Below, piece by piece: positions 11,498 through 21,289 of a DNA stretch of 64,000 nt (position 1 is its first letter; every line of letters begins with the position of its first letter). This DNA is from Squalus acanthias (Eukaryota). The stretch is from positions 32,488,001-32,552,000 of the forward strand of contig CM059430.1 of assembly GCA_030390025.1 (NCBI GenBank). Direction: 5' to 3'. The notes under the pieces were generated by a model. The model was not told where the DNA came from, made no database searches, and saw only the letters and a list, made by a program, of their open reading frames with translations. A program made the translations under genes and the position numbers.

Positions 11498-13375
11498 TTT
11501 ATACTCAATCTCTTTCCATTACAAACTTAACATTAAAGTTCCCCATATCGTGGTCACTACTGCCGAGGTGTTCTCTGACTCTGACCTGCTCTGCCATCTC
11601 CTGGTTGTTATTTAATATCATGTCCAATAGCACCCATGGGTCATGTGAATTTCTTGGCCAATTGTTTCATGCAACAATTCAATTTTGTACCCAGGACCAT
11701 ATTTTCACTCCTATTGCACACTTTATAGATTCCCAATCTGTCTCTGATAAATTAATGTAACCTATAACAACTACATCTGTCCCTGTACACACTTCTGTTG
11801 GTTCAATCCGGTCTCCTGACCTAGTTGCCTTCCCTTCCATCCTTTTATGTCTCTCATCTCTATTACATGGTTTCCACTTTACCCACAGTCAGGCCATACG
11901 GATCCACTTCCATTATAATCAAGTTCTTTTTCAAATAAAAGACTACACACCCTCCCACTTTGCCTTTTCCAGCTCTACAAAATAAGCTGTATCGTATCAT
12001 TGTTGAATCAGCTCTCTGTGAAACTTAAGATATCACAGCCTCCCTCTCCAGCAAGGACCTCCAGGTTTCCCATCTTATTCTTAAGATTCTGAGAGCTGGT
12101 CTTTCTGTCCCTGTTGCAACCTGATTTTGTGTGGTAATGGGTAATTGGGCCAGGAGCTGGGCTGAGGAACTGTGCAGCCAACTGGCTAAGAATTGCCTAC
12201 CAGAAGAGATGATGGCTGTTGAATGCATCTAGCCATACTTGGGTGAGCATATTCAAATTATAGGTTAATGATGAGAAAACGAGATCCAATGGATTTCCCT
12301 TCATTAATGCCTGAGCACCAGTACACTTAAAACAGAGGCATTCACTCCTATCCAAGCCAAATTTCCTTCCTTACTTGCTCTCAGCAAAAACTCACTGTCA
12401 GTGTTTCACTCAGCTGGCCTCTCACAGGAAACTGCGTCTGTAGCCAAATAATGTTCTAACCTCATTTAATGACTGCGTAGTGGAAGAATGAAGTGGTAAA
12501 GAGAGAGGTGCCTCTGCTTTTCACTCTAGTGCACCCTCCTTGCAGGACAGCATTGCAACCTCCCTGGAAATGAGGCAGACTAACTGAAATTGTGGGCACA
12601 ACTGACTATTACTGCCACTCACAGGTCAGTCCCATGGTGCATGTTAGCTGAAAGTGTCTTTAAAGCAGATAGTGCAGCTCTGCATCTGGCTGTCTGCAGA
12701 TCTGAAGCCTTGGTAGCCACCTACATACAGGCATTGCCAGGTAGGTGTTACTCTGGGAAGGGACCAGCAGATGGGCACAGGTGGGACTGTTTGACCTACC
12801 TGGCATCCCTTCCTATCTCCTCCTCTGAAAAACAAACTTCAGTAAAGGAGGATTCCCATTGGAAAACCCATTGTCTCACTATCATGCAGGTGCCAAAAAA
12901 TGGAAGGGCCAGAACACTGCCACAAAGCCTCCTGATAAAGTACATGTAAACAAGAAGAAACAAAAAAAAATCACAGAAAAGTCTCGAACCACTGTTACAA
13001 ATCTCACTGTAGGCCACTTCAAATGCATTTTTATAAACAGCATGCTCTTTCAGCCCTGGACAGTCATTTCATACAGTGGGTAAATGTTTAAGTGCTAAAC
13101 CAAAGTGAACACAGGAAATTGGAAAGATGTCTAAATTACATTATCAGAGCCTAATTTTATGTAATTAACTGCAAACTGGCAGGTGCTTCTGTAGTATAAA
13201 GCCCAAAATTAAATTGAAAAAAGGCACTTCACCAACCTACCTGTCGCAGACATGGCTGTCCATTATAGTATTGGTAGAAGGGACCAGTACACAGTCCTCG
13301 TACAGGCAAAGTCTCATCTCTACCGTGAGGACGTCTGCTATCATGCAGCATGGGATTACCACTATGCTAAGTAGA

Positions 13376-13957
13376 ACAAAAATGAGAAGTCGCACAACAC
13401 CAGGTTATAGTCCAACAGATTTATTTAAAATTACAAGCTTTCGGAGCTGTCGCCCCTTCGTCAGGCAAAGTTACTGTGAGAGAATCTATCAGAATTCACA
13501 GAATATAAAAACACAGAGAAAATGCATAGATTAAATCTTTCCCTACATCAAAGACACACTAAGAGCACAGCCAAGACAATGAGATGTGTCCCAGGGGGTC
13601 CAACGCGTCAGAACACCTGCTGGCTGCATATCCTCTCCATTTTTTGTGTTTGTTTCTTGTGTTTTTTTTTAAAAAACTGGAAAGACCGGCAACGATGTCA
13701 AGTCACGTTCTATAGCGTGACATGAACCCGATATCCGATTGAGGCCGTCCTCATGAGTGCGGAACTTGGCTATCAGTTTCTGCTCGATGATTTTGCGTTG
13801 TCGTGTATCACGAAGGCCGCCTTGGAGAACGCTAACCCGCAGATCCGAGGCTGAATGCCCTTGACTGCTGAAGTGTTCCCCGACTGGGAGGCAACCATCC
13901 TGCTTGGCGATTGTTGCGCGGTGTCCGTTCATACGTTGTCTCAGTGTCTGCATGGTC
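13376..13957 (-). repeat. Inverted copy (582 bp) of the Penelope 3' region 15529-16111 (583 bp)
   Basis: Direct reverse-complement match by eye; the only difference noticed is a 1-bp indel (ATCGGATAT vs ATCGGGATAT). Confidence 0.95.
13431..13468 (-). ncRNA. Minimal type I hammerhead ribozyme (inverted copy)
   Basis: Reverse complement of 16019-16056. Confidence 0.8.
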
Positions 13958-15784
13958 AAGACCAACCGCAACATCGTCATCAAACCAGCGGACAAAGGAG
14001 GAGCCATCGTCATACAGAACAGAATGGACTATTGCAAAGAAGCATACCGACAACTGGACAACCTGGAACACTACAGACAGCTACCCGCAGATCCGACCAA
14101 AGAACACACCCGCCAACTCAATAGACTGATCAAGACCTTCGATCCAGACCTTCAAAACACCCTACGCGCTCTCATCCCACGTACACCCCGCGTAGGAGAC
14201 TTTTACTGCCTCCCAAAGATACACAAAGCCAACACACCCGGACGTCCTATCGTATCAGGCAACGGAACCCTATGTGAGAACCTCTCTGGGTACATCGAGG
14301 GCATCCTGAAACCCATCGTACAGGGAACCCCCAGCTTCTGTCGCGACACTACAGACTTCTTGCAGAAACTCAGCACCCATGGACTAGTTGAACCAGGAAC
14401 ACTCCTCGCCACGATGGACGTATCGGCACTCTACACCAGTATCCCCCATGATGACGGCATCGCTGCGACAGCCTCAGTACTCAACACCAACAACAGCCAA
14501 TCTCCAGACGCCATCCTACAACTCATCCGCTTCATCCTTGACCACAATGTCTTCACCTTCGACAACCAGTTTTTTACCCAAACACACGGAACAGCCATGG
14601 GGACCAAATTCGCACCCGAATACGCCAACATCTTCATGCACAAGTTCGAGCAAGACTTCTTCGCTGCACAGGACCTCCAACCAACGCTGTACACCAGATA
14701 CATCGATGACATCTTCTTCCTTTGGACCCACGGCGAAGGATCACTGAAAGGACTACACGATAGCATCAACAGGTTCCATCCCACCATCAAACTCACCATG
14801 GACTACTCCTCAGAATCGGTTTCATTCTTGGACACACGAATCTCCATCAAAGATGGACGCCTCAGCACTTCACTCTACCGCAAGCCCACGGACAACCTCA
14901 CGATGCTCCACTTCTCCAGCTTCCACCCTAACCACGTTAAAGAAGCCATCCCCTATGGACAAGCCCTGCGAATACACAGGATCTGCTCAGACGAGGAGGA
15001 ACGCGATGGACACCTATGGACACTGAAAGACGCCCTCGTAAGAACGGGATATGACGCTCGACTCGTCGATCGACAGTTCCGACGATCCACAGCGAAAAAC
15101 CGCACAGACCTCCTCAGAAGACGAACACGGGACACAACCAACAGAGTACCCTACGTCGTCCAGTACTTCCCTGGAGCGGAGAAACTACGCCATGTTCTTC
15201 GCAGCCTTCAACATGTCATCGATGACGACGAACACCTTGCTAAGGCCATCCCCACGCCTCCACTACTCGCCTTCAAGCAGCCGCCTAACCTCAAAAGTAC
15301 CATAGTTCGCAGCAAATTACCCAGCTGTCAGGAGAACAGCGACCACGACACCACACAACCCTGCCACGGCAACCTCTGCAAGACATGCCAGATCATGAAC
15401 ACAGATACCGTCATCACACGTGAGGACACTACCCACCAGGTACATGGTACATACTCATGTGACTCGGCCAACGTTGTCTACCTGATACGTTGCAGTAAAG
15501 GATGCCCCAGAGCATGGTACATCGGCGAGACCATGCAGACACTGAGACAACGTATGAACGGACACCGCGCAACAATCGCCAAGCAGGATGGTTGCCTCCC
15601 AGTCGGGGAACACTTCAGCAGTCAAGGGCATTCAGCCTCGGATCTGCGGGTTAGCGTTCTCCAAGGCGGCCTTCGTGATACACGACAACGCAAAATCATC
15701 GAGCAGAAACTGATAGCCAAGTTCCGCACTCATGAGGACGGCCTCAATCGGGATATCGGGTTCATGTCACGCTATAGAACGTGA
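13952..15784 (+). CDS. Penelope-like reverse transcriptase + Cys-rich linker + GIY-YIG endonuclease (N-terminally truncated, open frame, 610 aa from ATG 13952)
   Basis: RT motifs IVIKPADKGG, YCLPKIHK, GRPIVS, MDVSALYTSIP, GTAMG and RYIDDIF. Cys linker PCHGNLCKTC..CDS..CSKGC. GIY-YIG motifs VVYLIRC..WYIGET..RMNGHR..E..LNRD. Confidence 0.92.
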   Translation: MVKTNRNIVIKPADKGGAIVIQNRMDYCKEAYRQLDNLEHYRQLPADPTKEHTRQLNRLIKTFDPDLQNTLRALIPRTPRVGDFYCLPKIHKANTPGRPIVSGNGTLCENLSGYIEGILKPIVQGTPSFCRDTTDFLQKLSTHGLVEPGTLLATMDVSALYTSIPHDDGIAATASVLNTNNSQSPDAILQLIRFILDHNVFTFDNQFFTQTHGTAMGTKFAPEYANIFMHKFEQDFFAAQDLQPTLYTRYIDDIFFLWTHGEGSLKGLHDSINRFHPTIKLTMDYSSESVSFLDTRISIKDGRLSTSLYRKPTDNLTMLHFSSFHPNHVKEAIPYGQALRIHRICSDEEERDGHLWTLKDALVRTGYDARLVDRQFRRSTAKNRTDLLRRRTRDTTNRVPYVVQYFPGAEKLRHVLRSLQHVIDDDEHLAKAIPTPPLLAFKQPPNLKSTIVRSKLPSCQENSDHDTTQPCHGNLCKTCQIMNTDTVITREDTTHQVHGTYSCDSANVVYLIRCSKGCPRAWYIGETMQTLRQRMNGHRATIAKQDGCLPVGEHFSSQGHSASDLRVSVLQGGLRDTRQRKIIEQKLIAKFRTHEDGLNRDIGFMSRYRT

Positions 15785-16018
15785 CTTGACATCGTTGCCG
15801 GTCTTTCCAGTTTTTTTAAAAAAAACACAAGAAACAAACACAAAAAATGGAGAGGATATGCAGCCAGCAGGTGTTCTGACGCGTTGGACCCCCTGGGACA
15901 CATCTCATTGTCTTGGCTGTGCTCTTAGTGTGTCTTTGATGTAGGGAAAGATTTAATCTATGCATTTTCTCTGTGTTTTTATATTCTGTGAATTCTGATA
16001 GATTCTCTCACAGTAACT

Positions 16019-16056
16019 TTGCCTGACGAAGGGGCGACAGCTCCGAAAGCTTGTAA
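16019..16056 (+). ncRNA. Minimal type I hammerhead ribozyme in the Penelope pseudo-LTR
   Basis: UUGC-CUGACGA-A-GGGGC(GACA)GCUCC-GAA-AGCU-U-GUAA. Stem I UUGC/GUAA, 5-bp stem II with GNRA loop, palindromic AGCU stem III. PLE-associated minimal hammerheads are established. Confidence 0.82.
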
Positions 16057-16388
16057 TTTTAAATAAATCTGTTGGACTATAACCTGGTGTTGTGCGACTT
16101 CTCATTTTTGTCCACCCCAGTCCAACGCCGGCATCTCCGCATCATGACTAAGTAGAACAGACTAAGGACAGATCTTGCAGCCCAATACTGAGCATCTATA
16201 AGTCGCTGTCAGCAGCTGCAGAACTAAATACCACCATAATCTGTAACCTGATGGCCCAGCCTAAACCCTCATTCCTTGATCACCATCAAGCCAGGACACC
16301 AAACCTGGTTCAATGCAGAATGTAGGTGGCTATGCCAGGAGCATCACCGGGCATACCTTTTAGAATAAGGTACAGAGTCAAGCTACTA

Positions 16389-16575
16389 CAACAACTTGCA
16401 TTTATATAGCACCTTTAACGAAGGAAAACATCCCAAGGAACTGCACAGGAATGTAATAAGACAAAAAGTGACGTTGAGCCAAAGAAAGTGACATTAGGAT
16501 GGGTAACGAAAAGCTTGGTCAAAAAGCTATGTTTTAAGGAGGCTATTCCAGGAGATGAGAGAGGTGGAGAGGCGA
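16389..16575 (-). mobile_element. L2-type LINE/SINE 3' fragment
   Basis: CAACAACTTGCATTTATATAGCACCTTT..AAAAGCTTGGTCAAAAAG..TTTTAAGGAGG; mirror of the plus-strand fragment at ~34525-34705. Confidence 0.6.
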
Positions 16576-16640
16576 ATCAATGAAGGCAAAAATTAACTCC
16601 TGCACTTTCCAAGTCAGAAAGGTATGCTTAGATTATAAAT

Positions 16641-17242
16641 GGGGTAAAAATTGGACCTCGTTGAGCTTGTAAAACGGACGCAAAGAGGTCCAATTTTGGG
16701 GCTCCCTAGGATGTCTGAAAGATACAAAAAGAAAATACTGCAGATGCTGGAAATCTGAAATAAAAACAGAAAATGCTGGAGATACTCAGCAGGTCAGGCA
16801 GCAACTGTGAAGAGAGAAACAGAGTTAATGTTTCAGGTCGATGACCTTGCGTCAGAACAGGGGCTTGGGCCTGCTCCGCTCGGGTTTTCCAGGCGTGGAT
16901 CTGGCCTAGCAAGCGCTTTTTTTTTAGGTTTGATGTGGAGTCAGGAGGAGCAGGTGTGCTCCGTCTGGCTCAATAGTACTCTCGAGGGCCGCTGCTGGCC
17001 TGCAATCGGCCTTTGTCCCAATCCCCTCCCTTCGGGGCTAACCTTTGGAGGCTAGTGGCACAACATGGACTTATATAAAAGGGGAGAGTTGCCTGTGAAG
17101 GCGCAACAGGCGCCGGCAGTTCATCCAAATAATGTTAATGAGCCACGAGTTCAATTTCAGCCCGGCCTGCCAGTTGGGAAGCGTACTCTGTGCATGACGA
17201 CCATTTCATGCCGGAAAGTGAACCGAAGGGAATCTTTACCCC
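16641..17242. mobile_element. Harbinger-type MITE carrying a nested mini-Penelope fragment
   Basis: Ends GGGGTAAAAATT (16641) and AATCTTTACCCC (to 17242); the 3-bp flanks do not match. Confidence 0.55.
16724..16858 (-). mobile_element. Non-autonomous Penelope-derived mini-element with a degenerate hammerhead
   Basis: Nearly identical to 62308-62441. Minus strand reads GUU-CUGACGC-A-AGGUC(AUC)GACCU-GAA-ACAU-U-AACU, with two substitutions in conserved positions. Confidence 0.75.
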
Positions 17243-19140
17243 TAGGTCTTTTCAGTGTATAACTTTAAATGTGCAGAGGACTCTGCAAAGAAATCTCTTT
17301 CCAATTGTACTCCTAAATAAAAGCAGGTTAGCTCTGCAGAGCAATATACGTATTTACACCATCACAATGAGAATAATATCAGTGAAATAACAGTTTGCTT
17401 CACCACAAGTTTTCTTTTTGCTTTTAAGAGAGCAGCATTTACCTTTTTTTCAAAAGTTATTTTTTCCCCTCTCTCCCATCTGGCTTCGCTGCACCCTATC
17501 ACACCTCTCCAGAGCTGGGAGAACAAGTTTCTCCCAAGCCTCCACCACTCCTACTTTTAGTTGGGCTACTGAGAAGTGCCACAGGCAGGTAGATGATCTT
17601 TATTTTCCATCCCTTGTTGCCAAAAAATGAACGGTTCCAGTCAGTGCCTCCTTATGGCAGGACAACTAATATTACAAATTCAGAGGTAAATGGGAATCGA
17701 GTTGTACAGAAGTCACGTTTCCCTCTCAGGTCATTGTACAATGTATAATACGTGCTACATTACAGAAACATACACTGAGTTATGTAGTTCTGTACATTTG
17801 GGTGGTAAGCACCAGATTATTCACTGGCAACAGTCCAATGAAAAAAAGAATATTGCAGCTGGATTTATTTCATGAATGAGAACGATCCCATGCCTGCAAT
17901 GTTTGTGAATTAAGGGGCTTTCACGCTTGAGAAATAAACCTAATAGTTTACTACTACCCATGTACAACCCTAGATTTATACAACAGGCAGCTTGATAAAT
18001 CCCATTAGATAAGAAGGTGATGTCCCAGCCAAATGTGATACAAAACTTATCACATGATGTGACAGCATCGCGTTTGGAACGACTTCTCCCTCTTCGATTA
18101 CTGCTGTAAATCTGCATGAGTCTGGTGCTTTACAGCGATAGTACCAGATTTATGGCCTGCTCTATGGAACTAAATTGGCAAAAGTGTTGTTTCTTTCTGT
18201 ACAGCAGCCAGTGGTAAACTCTGTAAATTTGGGGTTGTATTTTCACTTAGTATAACTACGTACATCGGCACTTTGATGCTGTACCTATATCTAGCCGTTT
18301 TTTCAATTTTATCCTTGTTCACATATGTGTACAGTTGCAATCAGCTCAATATTCAAACTAGTAATGCACACACAGGTGGATAATGCAAATTATTAAAAAT
18401 AAAATGCGTAAAGAGTCAGCCTGCTGCAATTAATTACCCCTGTGAAGATTGTGATTCACGGAGTAGATTCAGGAAACCCATGCTTAGGCTGTGTGCACCG
18501 GAGGTGGCAAAACATTTTGTAAGCACGTACTTGTAGGATGAATAGGCTCCCGTCTATGTCAAGGCAAACAAAGGCTGTGTTTTTAAATGTTGTAATGGAG
18601 GGTGGGCCTTTGTCTGCTGAGACACCCTCTCTCTTAGCTTCTATCACATTAGTAACCACAATTGCAGCTGATCTGGATATGTTAAAAAATGGTTAATTAA
18701 TAGTGTGCAGCACACAGAAGAGGAATCGTTGATTTGACTTGCACATGGGGTGAGGATGGAGGGTGAGCCACACATTACTTCTCCTAAATATGAGTGCATC
18801 TGTAACTACCGGAGTGAAGTGGAATTGGGTCCCCAGAGCTAAAAAAAATTGTACAGGCTCAATGATTCCCTCATGAAAGAAGCATGGAGCTGAGAGAACA
18901 TGTGAATTTAATATATTATTCTTGATTAAAGGGTTTCATGTCTGGATAGAGGTGAAAAGAAGTTCACAAGGTATAATAGGGATTTATATAGTGGCTTCTG
19001 CACTTCTAATACTCCCCATTAAAATGAACATTTAAAAACATTGAATCATTTACTTCAAAAATATATCAAATGGAATTCTAAATTTAATCTAGATTTTGAA
19101 AATAGGGATTAGAAAGGGTTTTATTTAAAATGTATTGATT

Positions 19141-20570
19141 TCCCCCAATGGGTCAGTGAGTGTATCCAGTGAGTAGCTTAGCCATAAAGAGCAGAAAGCC
19201 CCAGGTTTAATTCTCAGCCCGTGCTGAGTTAGCCAATCTCAACTCACCTTGCCCTCTTGTCTCTGAGTTCATTGCCCTCTGTCCTCCCTTTATCTCTCCC
19301 TTTACATAAACTCCCTTACCCATATTCACGGCCACTCCCTTGACCTTGACATCTTATCCTTTCATCTCGATCACAGACAAGGCAACCTCCGACCATTTCC
19401 TTGTATCCCTCATCATCCACATTCACTACCCCCTTCCAACCCCACTTTTTTATGCAACACCCTTGGAAAAAAAATCTCCCACAAGTCACTGACAACTCCA
19501 CTTTCAAACTTCCAACCATCTTGTCTTTGGCCCTCCACTCGCCATGATACTTCTGCAGCTGTTGATCTGCTCAACCACTACCTCACATCTCTCTCCTGCC
19601 CTGATTGTTTCACCTGATATGGTATCCATCTTCACTCCCTCAAGTTCAAAGGGTGCAGAGTTGAGTGTATATGGTGCATAATTGGTTTAGCCAACAATTG
19701 CCAGATCGGGTTGGACCACGTCAAACAATTTCCGGCCTTGCTCTCCGCTGCCAAAACTGCCCATTAATCCAGGATCACTCCAGAAAACAAAAATACAATC
19801 CGGATCTTTTTCTCCACTAGGTCTCCTTAAGCTCCACTCCCCCGCCCTCCACACCCTTACCTCTAACAACAAGTGTGAGGTATTCATGAACTTCTTTGTA
19901 ACTAAGATTGAGACCATCTGTTCAGCTGCCTCTGCTGCATTACCCCCTTTCCCTTGCCCATCAGGCCAAACCTCCCCCAAGGTTTCCCTCTTTCCAAACC
20001 CTGAACGCACATCTTTCTCTAGCTTCTCTCCTATTCCCCTCATGCCCTCGCCAAGCTCATCATGTCCATGAGACCCTCCTCCTGCTCTCTTGATCGCATT
20101 CCCACTAAACTGCTGACCACCCAAATTGCCTTCCTGGCCCCCATGCTGCCTGACATTGTAAATGGTTCTCGCCCCTCAAGTATTGTCCATCTCTTTTACA
20201 AAACTACCATCATCAACCCTCTCTTCAAAACACACCAACCATGACACCCCTCTGTCCTTGCAAACTACCACACCAGTCTGAACCCTACAAAAGGCCTCAG
20301 CACACCAGGATTTGGGAAGGGAAAATCTGCCGGCATTCTTGTTTCCAATTACTATTAAGTGGCCCTTATTGGAGGTGTATGTGTGTCGATGTCAGATGAG
20401 GACAGAGTTGAATTCGGCTGTAGTGCCCGCTATGATTAATAGCCTGCTGGCAGTCACCGAATAATGGTTACTTGGACGTGGTACCAGAGAGCGAATGGCA
20501 CCTTTGGAACCCTACTTCGGCATGGACTCAATGCCTTCAAGAGAGCAGGAACAGGAGAAAAAATTAATTG
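19141..20570 (+). mobile_element. Old tRNA-head SINE split by an L2 insertion
   Basis: 19141-19245 (CCCAGGTTTAA..GTGCTGAGTTAGC) and 20290-20570 align by eye in order with the minus strand of 30272-30663. Confidence 0.5.
19246..20275 (+). mobile_element. L2-clade LINE ORF2 fragment
   Basis: C/T-rich strand; MNFFVTKIETI, MRPSSCSLDRIPTKLL..IVNGS..FYKTTIINPL, and an ANY remnant, typical of the L2 pre-RT region. Confidence 0.75.
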
Positions 20571-20583
20571 ATTCAAAGACTAC

Positions 20584-21289
20584 GGGCTAGAAATTGGGTA
20601 CCTTAGCGCCTCCCGTTAGTGCCTTAGTGCCTCCGGGGCACTAACAGGGCGCAAACAACTTTTGGCCTGGGTGTGGCGGTGCTAACAACTCCTGCTAAAT
20701 TCAGCGGGAGTTTAGCGGCGGCGATAACCGGTAGCGCCCCACTTCGCTGCGCAGGCTATCATGATGTCATCACCGTGTGCAGCGCCCCGTTTTCGCCCTG
20801 CCTGCAAAATTGGCCCACGCCCCCTGAATCTGTGCTGGGAGATGACAGCAACCGATTCAGGGGGTGGGAACGGAGCGGCAGGAGGCTCGCGGGGCGCTAG
20901 GTAAAGGGGAGGTGGCGGGCGGGGGAAAAAAAATCGGCCGACTTACTTGTCGCGGCCTGTTGCGTTTTTGAATGCTCTCTTGTGTGCCGGGCTGCTGGCA
21001 CGGCACCCCGCTCCCCGGTGGTCCAGGTAGGGCCCTGCAGAGTTGTGGGCTTGGGCCCTCCCCTTTAATGAGGGGAAGAGCCCTTCCATGCGGCAGCACT
21101 ATGTGGCCCAGTGCATAGCGCTGCAGAACGCACCGCCCTGATAGTCGGGGTTAGCGCTCTAAGAAAGAAGTGGAGCGCTTGAATTAGCGCTCCACCTCCC
21201 TCTTGGGGCGCTAAAACTGAATTTCACAGTCATGTTAGCGCCCAGGCGATGTTAGCACCCCAAAATGGTCGATACTGAATTTTTCCCCC
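20584..21289. mobile_element. Harbinger-type MITE related to 3390-4283
   Basis: GGGCTAGAAATT start and AATTTTTCCCCC end, 3-bp TSD TAC on both sides. Shares GCGCCTCCCGTTAG with the inverted right end of the 3390-4283 element. Confidence 0.8.

Larger units (their letters stand above)
5850..12000 (-). mobile_element. Old decayed CR1 LINE ORF2, split by nested insertions
   Basis: 3' part at 5888-6118 encodes [34 protein letters not shown], with RT remnants to ~7200. APE endonuclease remnant EHLGSSDHDMGNF at ~11535-11575 on the same strand. Boundaries approximate. Confidence 0.65.
13379..16147 (+). mobile_element. Young Penelope-like retroelement (Neptune-type), 5'-truncated with inverted 5' pseudo-LTR
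   Basis: Perfect 12-bp TSD CTAAGTAGAACA at 13367-13378 and 16148-16159. RT+GIY-YIG ORF, inverted repeat 13376-13957 vs 15529-16111, and a 36-nt non-repeated 3' tail at 16112-16147. Confidence 0.95.

Noticed and set aside
13904-13951. First 16 codons of the 626-aa track ORF
   Set aside because: Starts at TTG and is antisense sequence of the inverted arm; the first ATG is at 13952.
13669-14013. Minus-strand ORF with a GIY-YIG C-terminal half
   Set aside because: It is the inverted duplicate of the Penelope 3' end, with a 1-bp frameshift, not a separate gene.
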